Origin: Cyanobacteria bacterium P01_D01_bin.156
GTDB taxonomy: Bacteria; Cyanobacteriota; Cyanobacteriia; Phormidesmidales; Phormidesmidaceae
Direction: 5' to 3'
DNA length: 64,000 nt
Assembly (NCBI GenBank): GCA_039024555.1
Contig: JBCCQQ010000025.1
Coordinates: 1-64,000 of the forward strand
This document shows, one piece after another, positions 51,564 through 62,983 of the stretch. The notes below the pieces were generated by a model that saw only the letters and a list, made by a program, of their open reading frames with translations, searched no databases and was not told the DNA's origin. The position numbers and the translations under genes are program-made. Numbering within the stretch: position 1 is the first letter of the stretch; every line of letters begins with the position of its first letter.

Positions 51564-52172
51564 ATGGCTGATCAATCCGAATTACCCCTGGTAGATGTTT
51601 TAGATCTCGCACTTTCAGAGATTTTAGGCGATGGTAATTCCTATGCTTACTCCACACTAGCAACGGTACGACGGCATTTATATCAGTTTCGACTAATACA
51701 TCAATATGAGCCTTACGAGATTTTATTTGAGGCTTATCTTCGAGGCAAAGCTTTTCAGCGTAAAGGAGAACAAATTTTCAACCCCCATGCATGGTTAAAA
51801 CGTACAGCGTTCAACATTGTTCGCGAGAAAAGTCGTCAGGCTCAGCGACAAGCCTCTCAGACTTACAATGACATCGAATATCGCATTAGTGCCCCGCCCG
51901 AAGATATTCTAGAAAAAATCGATTTAACCCATGAAATCGGCCTACTCTACAAGGCCCTCCGAGCTCTCTCTCGTGAAGACGACCATACAGCTCAGCTATT
52001 GGTGTGGCGGACTATCGAGCAGCTGTCTTGGGAGCAAATTACCGAGCGGTTAGCTCAGGGTGGAGAAACCAATATCCCTTCCCAAGCTACGTTAAGAAAA
52101 CGAGTTTCTAGAGCTAAAAAACGCATGCGCCACATTATGCATAGCTACGGACTACCCACGCATTCAAACTAA
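51564..52172 (+). CDS. Divergent sigma-70/ECF-like protein
   Basis: EILFEAYLRG, AWLKRTAFNIVRE.SR (region 2-like); LSWEQI..RL, TLRKRVSRA (region 4-like). Confidence 0.72.
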   Translation: MADQSELPLVDVLDLALSEILGDGNSYAYSTLATVRRHLYQFRLIHQYEPYEILFEAYLRGKAFQRKGEQIFNPHAWLKRTAFNIVREKSRQAQRQASQTYNDIEYRISAPPEDILEKIDLTHEIGLLYKALRALSREDDHTAQLLVWRTIEQLSWEQITERLAQGGETNIPSQATLRKRVSRAKKRMRHIMHSYGLPTHSN

Positions 52173-52262
52173 GCGTGTAGCTGAGCTACGGTACCAGCCA
52201 TTCAGAAAACACAGTGATTTGGTCGGCTGATTGATTGTACCCCCTTCATGAACAAGGACTGA

Positions 52263-55200
52263 TTAAGAACTTAAAACTTCCTCGGGCAATGTAGCCTTAA
52301 CGTTGAAGGTCAGGACCGTTTCATCAATTCCCTTAAGTCGCAGAGGGGTAAATTTGACAATCTCATAATCGTCTAAATAATCAGCCACCGCCGCTGATAC
52401 CAAAATACTTTCACCATCAGCAGCTTCCTGAAGACGAGCCGCAATGTTAACACTGGGGCCAATGGCCGTGTAGTCAGTTCTAGCAGCACTCCCAAACATG
52501 CCAACAACCGCAGATCCCTGATGAATGCCACAGCGAAAATTAACCGGGGGAATTCCTTGCTGTGTCCACCGCTGATTGAGTTCAGATAGAGCTTTATACA
52601 TATGTCGGGCTGCCGAGACCGCCCGCCGTACTTGCTCACTAGGGCTGAGAGATTCCGGCGCACCAAACAAGGCGAGCACTGCATCTCCCATAAACTTATC
52701 GACAGTACCCCCATTTTCAAAAATGGCCTGGGTCATAGCTTCAAAATATTCATTCAGTAATTCTGCGACTCGACGAGAACGCAAGGTATTTGATAACTGA
52801 GTAAACCCAACAATATCGCTAAACAGCACAGTGACTAATCGAGGTTCTGGCTTAAGATTGAGCTGCAGCTCTCCATGGGCCGCTTTTTGTACTAAGGAAG
52901 CTGGTAAAAACCGCTTCAGTACCGATTCGGTCAAATACTGATTCAACTCGGTCACTTTTTGTTCATTAGCTTTTAGAGCAAGTAAGTTTCGTACTTCTGC
53001 TAGCAGCTCACGATCCTTAAATGGTTTAGAAATATAGGCATCAGCCCCACGTTCTACACCTTCTAAGCGGGTTTCATCACCCACTTTAGCCGTCAGTAAA
53101 ATAATCGGTGTGCCCTGTAGCTCAGGATCATGGCGTACCTGCTCGATCAGCTCTAGACCTGAGACCTTGGGCATCATCAGGTCCGTGATAATTAATTGAG
53201 GTTTGATCTGACGAGCTACATCAAGACCCACTGCACCATTGTGGGCAGTACTTACACGGTGCCCCTGCCGTTTCAACATACCTGACACATAGCTACGTAA
53301 ATCAGGATTGTCGTCAATTACCAGAATATGAATTCCACTAGCGCCAATCTGAACAAATGGCTCCTCACTATTCGATGTAGTCGATGTAGTCGACAGTTCT
53401 CCCGTTTGGCCTAAAGTAGGCTGCTCGGCAACTACTTGATGGTGTAGATCGGCCAGTTCAACAGCAGCACGTCGATTTTCTAGGGTTCTGGATTGATGAC
53501 TAATGCGATCGGCAGGCAGATGCTCCGTCCCCAGGGGAAGCTCTACGGTAAATATGGTGCCAGCTCCATAGGTGGAGGAAACCCGGATCTCACCACCGTG
53601 TAATTCCACCAGCTCTTTCACTAGAGCAAGCCCTAAGCCGGTGCCTTCATGGGTACGACTAGCAGAGCCATCCGCCTGTTGAAATCGCTCAAAGATATGG
53701 GGCAGCTGCTCTTTACGAATACCAATACCCGTGTCTTCTATTTCTAAGTAGCAACGATGCTCAAAGGTATTCAGATTGATTTGAATCGAGCCACCCGCAG
53801 GGGTAAATTTCACAGCATTTGACAAAATGTTATAGACCACCTTGTCAAATTTCTCAAGGTCCAAATACACCGATGGGCACGGTTGGATTTGAGTCGTTAA
53901 TGTAATGTGTTTGCGATCGCAGTACGGCTGAAATGCTTCGGCAATATTGCCCACCACCTCCGAAAAGTCACAGGGGTAGAACATAGCCTGCATGCTATCA
54001 GCATCTAACCGTTGCAAATCAAGCAGCTGGTTCACCAGACGCAACAACCGCCGTGAATTGCGTAGGGCAATCACCGACTGATCCAGTGGCAGCCCACCGC
54101 CCTGCTCCACAGCAGCTTCCAGTGGGCCAATGGTCAGGGTGAGGGGTGTACGAAACTCGTGGGAAATATTCTGAAAAAATGTTGTTTTCTGCTTATCCAG
54201 CGCCAGCAACTGTTCTGCCTGCTGTCTGGTTGTTTGATAAAGCCTAGCCTGCTGCACTGCGATCGCAGCCTGGTTAGCGACAGCTTGCGCCAAATTAATT
54301 TCCTCCATATGCCAGTGGCGAGGTTGATTATTTTGCCGTAGGCTAATGCTGCCAATAATTTGGTTATCCGCAATCAGAGGCACCACAAGCAGGGCTATGG
54401 CGCGAAAATGCAACGGCAAATGAGGAGGCGTATATCGCTTAGCCCTAGACAAATCATCAAAAACGACAGGTGACCGACTAGACAAGAGATCCTGCAAAAT
54501 CGGATTCTCGCTAATCTTGACCTGAGACTGTGAAAAATCATCGGCTTGGAGCTGATCTTTTTCATACAGACCAACACAGTCAACATAGTCATTTTCTTGA
54601 GTCCACAAGGAAATGGCACAACCATCTGCCTCTAGAGCCTGTCCTAATTTTTGAGTAATCGCTGCAAAAATTTGTTTAGGCTCCAAACTACTATGAATCG
54701 CCTGGGTGATCGTATTAATCAGTACCTCTCGCTGAGCCAGAGCCTGAACTCGCTCATAGGTCCAGGTTTGTGCCAGGGCCAAAGCAGCCTGATCAACCAC
54801 AGTTTTCAGCAATTTGAGCTCATCTTCATCCCAATGTTTAGAAGCTTGGCAGTGATGTATCGCCAAAATTGCCAATGGCTCCCGTTTACTAATTAGCGGG
54901 ATAACTAAACTGGTTTGAGCCGCTAACTGTTGACAAGTTCGATGGGGAGCTACATCTTCAGCCGTCAGAATTTGCAACTCATCAGTATCGATGGCAGTAG
55001 CAGCCAAGACATTCTCCGCAACTGAACTGACATCTTGAGCTGTATAAGTCCAACACTTCCGAGTTTGACTGGGGGTATGGTAGAGCGGACGCAAAACACA
55101 ATAGTCTGCCCTAAACGCTGTACCCAGTTTCCCAGTGATCACCCGCTGCATTTCATCAGATGTCTCAGTGAGGCGAATACTATGGGTAATGTCTTTCAGC

Positions 55201-55658
55201 AGAGTTTCCTGCTCTAGAATCCGATTAAAGTCACGGGTTCTAGATTTGAGCACAACATGGGTGGCAACGGCCTGATGAACAACAGCCTTTAGCTCCTCTT
55301 CCTCCCAAGGTTTTGTCAAATACTTAAATACTTGGCCATCATTAATGGCATCGACCAAGTCATCAATGTCGGTATACCCAGTCAGAATAATACGTACTGT
55401 GTTGGGATACTCTTGAGCGACTTTTCTCAATAGATCAGTACCACTCATCTGGGGCATCCGTTGATCCGAAATGACCACCGCTGTGTCAGGGTAACGTGCT
55501 AGCTCCGATAATGCTATTTGAGCACTCTCAGCACGCACTACCCGAAACTCGCGATAAAACGTCCGATACAACAGATCTAAATTATTAGGTTCGTCATCGA
55601 CGACTAAAATTCTGGGTTTAGATGCAGATGAGCGTCGATTGTGAGTGTGGCTGATCAT
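52263..55658 (-). CDS. cyaC: Hybrid sensor adenylate cyclase (REC-GAF-GAF-HisKA-HATPase-REC-cyclase)
   Basis: Receiver SDQRMP, two GAF domains, ISHEFRTPLT, GTGLGLALV, second receiver TDLMMP, cyclase LFSDIVGFT, DKFMGDA, VNIAARL. Confidence 0.92.
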   Translation of the reverse strand: MISHTHNRRSSASKPRILVVDDEPNNLDLLYRTFYREFRVVRAESAQIALSELARYPDTAVVISDQRMPQMSGTDLLRKVAQEYPNTVRIILTGYTDIDDLVDAINDGQVFKYLTKPWEEEELKAVVHQAVATHVVLKSRTRDFNRILEQETLLKDITHSIRLTETSDEMQRVITGKLGTAFRADYCVLRPLYHTPSQTRKCWTYTAQDVSSVAENVLAATAIDTDELQILTAEDVAPHRTCQQLAAQTSLVIPLISKREPLAILAIHHCQASKHWDEDELKLLKTVVDQAALALAQTWTYERVQALAQREVLINTITQAIHSSLEPKQIFAAITQKLGQALEADGCAISLWTQENDYVDCVGLYEKDQLQADDFSQSQVKISENPILQDLLSSRSPVVFDDLSRAKRYTPPHLPLHFRAIALLVVPLIADNQIIGSISLRQNNQPRHWHMEEINLAQAVANQAAIAVQQARLYQTTRQQAEQLLALDKQKTTFFQNISHEFRTPLTLTIGPLEAAVEQGGGLPLDQSVIALRNSRRLLRLVNQLLDLQRLDADSMQAMFYPCDFSEVVGNIAEAFQPYCDRKHITLTTQIQPCPSVYLDLEKFDKVVYNILSNAVKFTPAGGSIQINLNTFEHRCYLEIEDTGIGIRKEQLPHIFERFQQADGSASRTHEGTGLGLALVKELVELHGGEIRVSSTYGAGTIFTVELPLGTEHLPADRISHQSRTLENRRAAVELADLHHQVVAEQPTLGQTGELSTTSTTSNSEEPFVQIGASGIHILVIDDNPDLRSYVSGMLKRQGHRVSTAHNGAVGLDVARQIKPQLIITDLMMPKVSGLELIEQVRHDPELQGTPIILLTAKVGDETRLEGVERGADAYISKPFKDRELLAEVRNLLALKANEQKVTELNQYLTESVLKRFLPASLVQKAAHGELQLNLKPEPRLVTVLFSDIVGFTQLSNTLRSRRVAELLNEYFEAMTQAIFENGGTVDKFMGDAVLALFGAPESLSPSEQVRRAVSAARHMYKALSELNQRWTQQGIPPVNFRCGIHQGSAVVGMFGSAARTDYTAIGPSVNIAARLQEAADGESILVSAAVADYLDDYEIVKFTPLRLKGIDETVLTFNVKATLPEEVLSS

Positions 55659-55837
55659 GCCCCTTTAATGATTTAACCGGCTGTAGCAACTAAAAAATAA
55701 ACGGTGAATGCTGCCTTTATTACTTGAAATATGAGACCCAGTCTATGCCTACGGTTTGACAAGATTTAGCCATCAAACATAAACAAATAGACTTAAAAAA
55801 AGAGTAGAGCACCCTTGAAATATTCTTTCAAGAATGG

Positions 55838-56491
55838 TTGGAGACACCTGAGGAAACGCCCGCTTGCACTATGGACGTCACCTGGTTAAATGGTCCTATC
55901 AAGAGTTCCCAAGCTAGTAAGCTGCTCACCATGTCCAGACTTCAATGGGATACAGCTATCAAGCTACCTCCCGGCTACCAATTACGGCTGGCCTGCCATC
56001 AAGACTTATCGCAACTGGTCGAACTCCTACTCAGAAGTTTTTATCCTGAAAATCGCTTAAACAGAGTGCTATATCCTGTGATGCGCCTTGGAATTCAGGA
56101 GGACATAAAGCGCCGCATTAAAGGCTCTTTACACCAATATGCATGCTTAGTGATTGTCAATACATCTGAAAATGCGGCCACCATCGTGGGCACAGTGGAA
56201 ATGTCCTTACGTTCAAACTTTTGGCAGCCCTTAGCCCCTCGACGGCCTTACATTGCAAATGTTGCAGTTGACTATCGGCATCGTCGCTGTGGCTTAGCTC
56301 AGCAAATGCTTTTAGCTTGCGAGGCAATTAGCCAAACCTGGGGATTAAGACAGATATATCTTCACGTTGCCACTGACAATCCTTCAGCCCTAGCTCTGTA
56401 TCACAAAGCTGGATACCAAATTGTTGGACAATCACGACCATGGCAACGGCGACAAATGATGCTCAAAGAACTTTTTTCTGAGATCAAATAG
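55838..56491 (+). CDS. GNAT-family acetyltransferase
   Basis: IVGTVE, YIANVAV...RRCGLA..L, LHV..DN..A..LY.K.GY; start codon uncertain. Confidence 0.85.
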   Translation: METPEETPACTMDVTWLNGPIKSSQASKLLTMSRLQWDTAIKLPPGYQLRLACHQDLSQLVELLLRSFYPENRLNRVLYPVMRLGIQEDIKRRIKGSLHQYACLVIVNTSENAATIVGTVEMSLRSNFWQPLAPRRPYIANVAVDYRHRRCGLAQQMLLACEAISQTWGLRQIYLHVATDNPSALALYHKAGYQIVGQSRPWQRRQMMLKELFSEIK

Positions 56492-56783
56492 CTTCTAGTC
56501 AACAATTTTCCAACCATTATCTGAGTCGTTACGAATCAGCAAGGCTTAGGTAGCATAAGTATCTTCAGGTGTTATCTGATACCGTGTCTGTCACCCCCTA
56601 CACCGTAAAAATATCCATATCCTCCTGATAAATATTATTTTTTATGTAGTGAGTATGAGGAGGGACTGATAACTATCAAAGACTAGATAAAACTCCAGTA
56701 ATTTACTGCACGAATGACATTGCGTTCGTATCAAATAAGAGTAATTAGTCTGGATTACCTTAGCCCTAGGTAGACGCTCTAAA

Positions 56784-57413
56784 ATGATGGATGCCCAATC
56801 CAAATCCCTTAGTCTCTCTTCTCCACCAAAGCATGCTGGCCATAAGCGGCTTCATGTTTTTAATGTACAGCCAACATCAGAGTCTGATGATTGTGTGCAT
56901 TTTGAAGATAGTACGGTAAAGTGGTGGGCTGAGCGGGGAAAGCAGCCTCTCGGTTCTAGTTCTAATGTGCCTGTGAATGAAACACTAGCTGTGGACAGTC
57001 TGCTCAAGAAGATAAATCGTGGCGATTTACTGGTTGTTAACAGTCGTCGCCGCAATGGTTTGATTATCTTCCGAGAGTTCTATGCTGAATTTGCAGGTCC
57101 CGGCGCAGCTGTGGGCGGAGATTTTGACCAGGGATGTCATAAAATCATTCCCCTTGGCAATTTATCTTTGCTCGAGCCCCAAGACCATGAAGACCATCAA
57201 AAAGCGTTAAAGATTCGACTTCAGTGGATTCGGTTGACTCAAAACTTTACTGACCAGCCTCGTTCAGCTGACCGAGCACAGATGATCCTAGACCAATTCA
57301 AAACCTACTTTGATAAAAGCACTGTCGACAATGTGCCTAATGAGGCATTTGCCCTAATGGTGGGAGTTTTACCTCAGACAGTACGACGAGTCCGTACAGG
57401 AGCAGGCCGCTAG
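56784..57413 (+). CDS. Conserved cyanobacterial hypothetical protein (Crp-like C-terminal HTH)
   Basis: NSRRRNGLI..EF.AEFAGPGAAVGG, IR.QWIRL, A.MVGVLPQTV..VR. Confidence 0.72.
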   Translation: MMDAQSKSLSLSSPPKHAGHKRLHVFNVQPTSESDDCVHFEDSTVKWWAERGKQPLGSSSNVPVNETLAVDSLLKKINRGDLLVVNSRRRNGLIIFREFYAEFAGPGAAVGGDFDQGCHKIIPLGNLSLLEPQDHEDHQKALKIRLQWIRLTQNFTDQPRSADRAQMILDQFKTYFDKSTVDNVPNEAFALMVGVLPQTVRRVRTGAGR

Positions 57414-57429
57414 GCTGGTTAGATTAAAG

Positions 57430-58539
57430 CTACCGGTGAGTCAGCACAGCGGTTAGGTTGGTTCGAGTACGATGATTTTCTGCCGACGTTCCTAAGCTGA
57501 TGCGCAGCCCACCACCAGTCTGACGGATTAACGTACCCTGTTGCCTTAATCGGTCAAAGACGTGCTGTAGGCCCTCTATCTGCGTCATCCCCCACTGATT
57601 GAGCGCTTTATCACTGAGTCTACAGTAGATAAAGTTAGCCGCTGTTGGCCACGATTGGAGCATAGGCTGAGTATTGAGCCACGCAGCCATCTGGTCACGT
57701 TCTGCGATGGTAGTATCAACAGCAGACAGCAGTTCAGTACGTTTCTGTAACGCAAATAAGGCGGCAGTTTGGGAGAAACTAGGTGCGTTATAAGGTAGGC
57801 GCACTTTCTCCAAGGCTTCAATGAGCGCAGGCTGAGCAACAGCATATCCTACTCGATGGGCAGCAAGGCGAAACGCCTTGGAAAACGTCCGGAGCACGAC
57901 CCAGTTACTACGACTCAGGCTGTCTGCCACGAGGGTATGTTGGCTAAATTCGAAGTAGGCCTCATCAATGACTACCAAAATATCTTCAGGGAGTTGACGT
58001 AACCAAGCAATTTCGTCCGTACTCAGTGGGTTTGCGGTCGGAGAATTGGGGTGGACGACAAAGACGACTCGAATACTGTGGTTCTCGATGGCAGCCTGAG
58101 CCAAGCCCAAATTGAGTTGAAAATCTGCCTGGCGCCCAACATTAACAACCGGAATACCCAATGTATTGGCCAGAATGCCATACATGGAAAATGTAGGACT
58201 AGCCACCAAAATTGCACCATTGCCAAGGGCGGCTGCAATGAGGAGTGAGCGAATCAACTCATCGGAGCCGTTACCAACCGAGATATTAGCTGCCGTCACG
58301 TCTACAGCAGCTTCAGCCACATAGCTGGCAATTGACTGCTTGAGCGCAGTATGACCACCATCGGGATAGCGATTCGCTCGAATAACCTGCTGATAGTGCT
58401 CTGCTAAAGCTACTTTAATCTCAGCCGGGAGGTCAATTGGGCTTTCGTTCGTATCCAGCTGATCATAGGGTTCTGGAATGGGCGGATGGGGCTTATAAGC
58501 CTTGATTGCAGCTAAGTCAGATCGCAAGAAGGGCAACAT
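57430..58539 (-). CDS. hisC: Histidinol-phosphate aminotransferase
   Basis: [48 protein letters not shown]. Confidence 0.93.
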   Translation of the reverse strand: MLPFLRSDLAAIKAYKPHPPIPEPYDQLDTNESPIDLPAEIKVALAEHYQQVIRANRYPDGGHTALKQSIASYVAEAAVDVTAANISVGNGSDELIRSLLIAAALGNGAILVASPTFSMYGILANTLGIPVVNVGRQADFQLNLGLAQAAIENHSIRVVFVVHPNSPTANPLSTDEIAWLRQLPEDILVVIDEAYFEFSQHTLVADSLSRSNWVVLRTFSKAFRLAAHRVGYAVAQPALIEALEKVRLPYNAPSFSQTAALFALQKRTELLSAVDTTIAERDQMAAWLNTQPMLQSWPTAANFIYCRLSDKALNQWGMTQIEGLQHVFDRLRQQGTLIRQTGGGLRISLGTSAENHRTRTNLTAVLTHR

Positions 58540-58600
58540 GAAGCAGGCAGAAAGATGGGGACTTTATTGTGCCATTTTGATGCGATCGCGAACAGCCTTT

Positions 58601-59224
58601 TTACAGATGACAAAAATCTGTGATGCTATGGCCAATCTCTGCCATGACAGACGTCATCCCATGGTTAGTATTCAGGGCCTGGAGAGTAACCCATGGACGC
58701 GTCTGAGCGTATTGTTGACTGGCATCTAAAGCAATGACATCATCCTGAGTGCCATGGAGAATTAAGGTAGGGATAGTCTTTTGTAACTGACTATCCAGGT
58801 AGTCTTGGGCATCCCTCAAAAAGGTGTAGTGAAGACGTTGCCGGGATTTGAAGCCATAGTGATAAACCGATAGCCAGCCCGTTGAACGCCAATGCCTAAT
58901 CTGATCATCCCCTAGGCGAGGCAACCACTGATCTAAGAATTGAAAGGCCGGGGCAAGTAACACAAGTTTTTCAACCCTGTCTGATTGCTCAGCCACCCAA
59001 GCAGCCACCAAACCTCCCAAACTGGAACCGATCAGAATAGTAGGCCCCTGCAGCTGTTGCCGCACTTGTTGGATTTGACGCGTTAGGGTGAGGTAACCAA
59101 AGTTCCCCTGATTTAGATCTAGTAACTTTAAATCGATATCTTGGGCGTACAGATGAGATTTTAGCCACTGCCCTTTATAGGATTGAGGGCCTGAAGCAAA
59201 TCCATGAAGATAGATGTAGTCCAT
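58601..59224 (-). CDS. YqiA/YcfP-family esterase
   Basis: YLHGFASGPQS.K, GSSLGG, HG..DDVI, H. Confidence 0.9.
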   Translation of the reverse strand: MDYIYLHGFASGPQSYKGQWLKSHLYAQDIDLKLLDLNQGNFGYLTLTRQIQQVRQQLQGPTILIGSSLGGLVAAWVAEQSDRVEKLVLLAPAFQFLDQWLPRLGDDQIRHWRSTGWLSVYHYGFKSRQRLHYTFLRDAQDYLDSQLQKTIPTLILHGTQDDVIALDASQQYAQTRPWVTLQALNTNHGMTSVMAEIGHSITDFCHL

Positions 59225-59291
59225 TCATCGTATCGCGTGCAGCAGCATGCTTAGAATATGATGTTCCCGATACACCCGAAAACCAGCTTCC

Positions 59292-60371
59292 ATGACCCAG
59301 CAGTTTCGTATTACTCTTCTTCCCGGCGACGGTATTGGACCTGAAATTACCGCAGTGGCCGTCGATGTACTCAAGGCAGTTGGTCAAAAACTAGATATTC
59401 AGTTTGATTTTACCGAAGCCCTCATCGGTGGCTGTGCAATTGACGCAACGGGCAGTCCTTTACCCGATGAGACGCTAGAAACCTGTAAGCAAAGTGATGC
59501 AGTCCTGCTGGCAGCGATTGGAGGCTATAAATGGGACACCTTACCTCGTGCTCAGCGTCCAGAAACAGGGCTCCTAGGATTGAGAGCAGGCCTAAAATTA
59601 TTCGCCAATTTGCGTCCCGCTACAATTTTGCCCCAGCTGATTAATGCGTCGTCTCTCAAGCGAAACATCATTGAAGGCGTTGATATTATGGTGGTGCGAG
59701 AGCTCACGGGTGGTATTTACTTTGGTCAGCCTCGAGGCATTTTTAATGCCGATGGTGATCAAAGGGGTGTGAATACGATGGCCTACACAGGCACTGAAAT
59801 AGACCGCATTGGTCGTGTCGCTTTCGAAGCTGCACAAAAACGTCAGGGACGGCTGTGCTCAGTAGATAAGGCAAATGTACTAGAAGTGTCACAACTGTGG
59901 CGCGATCGCATCACAGCATTGGCCAAAGACTACAGCGATGTAGAGCTCAGCCACATGTATGTGGACAATGCCGCCATGCAGCTACTGCGATGGCCTAAAC
60001 AATTTGACACTATCGTTACTGGCAATCTGTTTGGCGATATCCTCTCTGACGCCGCTGCCATGTTAACCGGTAGCATTGGCATGTTGCCATCAGCCAGTCT
60101 GGGAGCTTCTGGTCCAGGGGTCTTCGAACCTGTCCATGGCTCAGCCCCAGATATTGCAGGACAGGACAAAGCTAATCCCCTAGCTCAAGTGCTGAGCGCA
60201 GCCATGATGCTGCGTTATGGACTTAACCAACCTAAAGCTGCTGATTTGATCGAAACTGCCGTTGATACAGTCCTTGATAAGGGGTATCGCACAGGCGACA
60301 TTATGGCTGATGGCATGCAACCTGTAGGATGCCAAGCCATGGGTGAAATACTTCTACAATCCCTTGAGTAG
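59292..60371 (+). CDS. leuB: 3-isopropylmalate dehydrogenase
   Basis: [48 protein letters not shown]. Confidence 0.98.
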   Translation: MTQQFRITLLPGDGIGPEITAVAVDVLKAVGQKLDIQFDFTEALIGGCAIDATGSPLPDETLETCKQSDAVLLAAIGGYKWDTLPRAQRPETGLLGLRAGLKLFANLRPATILPQLINASSLKRNIIEGVDIMVVRELTGGIYFGQPRGIFNADGDQRGVNTMAYTGTEIDRIGRVAFEAAQKRQGRLCSVDKANVLEVSQLWRDRITALAKDYSDVELSHMYVDNAAMQLLRWPKQFDTIVTGNLFGDILSDAAAMLTGSIGMLPSASLGASGPGVFEPVHGSAPDIAGQDKANPLAQVLSAAMMLRYGLNQPKAADLIETAVDTVLDKGYRTGDIMADGMQPVGCQAMGEILLQSLE

Positions 60372-60555
60372 ATTCCGAAGCTGCTGAGCGCCCTCTGGCA
60401 GAATCCATAGATGGCAGCTAGTATTGTTGTACTGAGCAACGATGGGGGTACCCTGACAGAGCAGTTAGCCTCTAAATCAGCAAGAAACATTGCTGAACCC
60501 ATGGTTTCGCGACGATTTATTTGATGTATTCGTTAGTAAGCAGGAGTATTCAGTC

Positions 60556-60867
60556 GTGTCTTCTTTACAACGACCAGAGTACGGTGATCATGGCCAGGCA
60601 ACGGTTCACCCAAGCGTGGTAGCAACAGGGCGGAGTCCATTGAATTTACGCTCTCCAGCATCCATGTCAGATCCGATTTTATTACGGGCAGCACGCCATA
60701 TATATCGCACCTATTACGAGGTGCATCCAGAAGTCATTGAACGTCCTATCGGTGTCGCTATCGGTCGTACAACGCGACGGGGCAAGCTAATTTTTGGAAC
60801 TAAACCTGTGCTGCTTCCCCATGAAAGTTTTATTCCCCTGACCCAGTTAGAACCCGGTTTACACTAA
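60556..60867 (+). CDS. Conserved cyanobacterial hypothetical protein
   Basis: AGGAG RBS then GTG; DP.LLRAAR.IYRTY...P.GVAI...RG.LIF..P.LLP.E.F. Confidence 0.7.
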   Translation: MSSLQRPEYGDHGQATVHPSVVATGRSPLNLRSPASMSDPILLRAARHIYRTYYEVHPEVIERPIGVAIGRTTRRGKLIFGTKPVLLPHESFIPLTQLEPGLH

Positions 60868-60873
60868 TGAGAA

Positions 60874-61671
60874 ATGCTCGATAGCGTTGTGTCCTGGGGG
60901 TTAGTTTTTCTTTTTGGCACAGCTATTGGGAGTTTTCTTAACGTAGTTGTGTACCGACTTCCAGCGGGAATGTCACTGCTCTTTCCCCCATCTCGATGCC
61001 CTAAATGTCGTACCCGCTTAAAGTTTTACGATAATGTACCCGTCCTGGGTTGGCTATGGCTCAAAGGACGCTGTCGATATTGTCGAACCCAGATTTCACC
61101 CCGTTATCCCTTGGTGGAGTTTAGCTGTGGGCTTTTATTTTTAGCCTTATTTATACGTTTCAGCTGGCAATTAGAAACACCAACCTATTGGATCTTCGCT
61201 AGTTGGCTAGTTGCGCTTACTCTGATCGATTTTGACACGCTCACACTCCCCAACCCATTAACGATGTCGGGGGTTTGTTTAGGCTGGCTGACCCATGCTT
61301 TGATAGCAGCCACTACTGGTACATCAGTCACATCAAGCTTAGTGGTCAGCATTGGCTCAAGCATTTTAGGTTTATGGGTGTTTGATGCCATCAGTCTTTT
61401 GGGAGCCATGGTGGTGGGAAAAACAGTGATGGGAGGCGGGGATGGCAAGCTAGCCGCCATGTTGGGAGCATGGCTAGGTTGGCAAGGTTTACTTTTGAGC
61501 ATCCTGCTCGCCTCTTTTTTAGGGGCACTAGTTGGCTCTCTAGGAACAGCCATGGGACTCATTGGTCGTCGCCAACCTATCCCTTTTGGTCCTTTTTTAG
61601 CCTTCGGTGCAGGAATTACTGTATTTTTTGGTAATTCCTTGATACAAGGCTATTTGACGCTGTTGTTTTAG
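60874..61671 (+). CDS. pilD: Type IV prepilin peptidase
   Basis: GSFLNVVVYRLP, CPKC/CRYC, ID, MGGGDGKL, PFGPFLA. Confidence 0.95.
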   Translation: MLDSVVSWGLVFLFGTAIGSFLNVVVYRLPAGMSLLFPPSRCPKCRTRLKFYDNVPVLGWLWLKGRCRYCRTQISPRYPLVEFSCGLLFLALFIRFSWQLETPTYWIFASWLVALTLIDFDTLTLPNPLTMSGVCLGWLTHALIAATTGTSVTSSLVVSIGSSILGLWVFDAISLLGAMVVGKTVMGGGDGKLAAMLGAWLGWQGLLLSILLASFLGALVGSLGTAMGLIGRRQPIPFGPFLAFGAGITVFFGNSLIQGYLTLLF

Positions 61672-61774
61672 GTGATCAGGCAATCCGTGGTGGCGATAAA
61701 ATCCAAGGGTCGCACTCCAGGAGGGTAGCTGAACCGGTAGGATTGAAGGACGCTATATATCGAGACTAGGGTAT

Positions 61775-62713
61775 ATGTCCCTCTTTGATTGGTTTGCAAA
61801 TCGTAAGAAAGAAAGCCCCATTAGCCAGGACCGGCAGGAGCGAGAAATCGCTGATGGTCTTTGGACAAAATGTGACAAGTGTGGGGTTTTAACTTACACC
61901 AAGGACCTACGGGCTAACCAAATGGTTTGTCCAGAGTGTGATCATCACTACCGCGTCTTTAGCGATGAGCGGATTCTACAGCTAATTGATGCAGACACCT
62001 GGCAACCACTGAATGAACAAGTCGGGCCTAAGGATCCGCTGCATTTTCGAGACCGAAAAGCCTATAGCGATCGCATTCGTGATATGCAGGGCAAAACCAA
62101 ACTTAACGATGCCGTTCAGACCGGTATCGGTCAAATTCATGGAGAAGGGATTGCCCTAGGTGTAATGGACTTCCGCTTTATGGGGGGCAGCATGGGTTCG
62201 GTGGTGGGTGAAAAGCTCACCCGCCTCATAGAACATGCAACCGCCAGCAATTTGCCAGTGGTCATTGTTTGCGCATCAGGTGGAGCCCGTATGCAGGAAG
62301 GGATGCTCAGCCTAATGCAAATGGCTAAAATTTCAGCAGCGCTAGAAAGGCATCAAGACCACCGTTTGCTATATATGCCTGTCTTGACCCATCCCACGAC
62401 CGGAGGTGTAACCGCTAGCTTTGCCATGTTAGGTGACATCATTTTGGCTGAACCCAATGCAACTATAGGTTTTGCAGGGCGTCGTGTGGTTGAACAAACC
62501 CTCAGAGAAAAGCTACCAGATGATTTTCAAACAGCAGAATATCTCTTAAAACACGGGTTTGTGGATAAAATCGTCCCTCGCACAGAGTTAAAAGATACTC
62601 TCACTCAGCTGATCCGTTTGCATCAGCTTCCACCCTCTACATCAAGTTTGAACCATGTCTCTCTAGAGAGGGCACATAATGGTCAACCGGTGCCGATCAA
62701 GCCTGTGATTTAG
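61775..62713 (+). CDS. accD: Acetyl-CoA carboxylase carboxyltransferase beta
   Basis: LWTKC..C...CPEC zinc finger, [23 protein letters not shown]. Confidence 0.98.
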   Translation: MSLFDWFANRKKESPISQDRQEREIADGLWTKCDKCGVLTYTKDLRANQMVCPECDHHYRVFSDERILQLIDADTWQPLNEQVGPKDPLHFRDRKAYSDRIRDMQGKTKLNDAVQTGIGQIHGEGIALGVMDFRFMGGSMGSVVGEKLTRLIEHATASNLPVVIVCASGGARMQEGMLSLMQMAKISAALERHQDHRLLYMPVLTHPTTGGVTASFAMLGDIILAEPNATIGFAGRRVVEQTLREKLPDDFQTAEYLLKHGFVDKIVPRTELKDTLTQLIRLHQLPPSTSSLNHVSLERAHNGQPVPIKPVI

Positions 62714-62983
62714 TCAAGCCTTTAACTGGCTTGGGAATTGGCCCTATCGGTGGCATGATGGATAGTAACTATTAGCTAACTGAATAGCAATCCTGTCAGG
62801 TTAGTTGCACTGTGGGGTTTGTATATCCTCATACGGTGCCCTAACTAGCCTGACTAACAATTGACTGACAAATCTGTCAATTGTTTATCAGATAGCTACG
62901 AATCGCAAACGTTACCTGGGTTTCAGGTTTAACACTTTTTGCTGTGTTGCGTATTTGATGGGCGATCCATTTCGAGGAGAATC

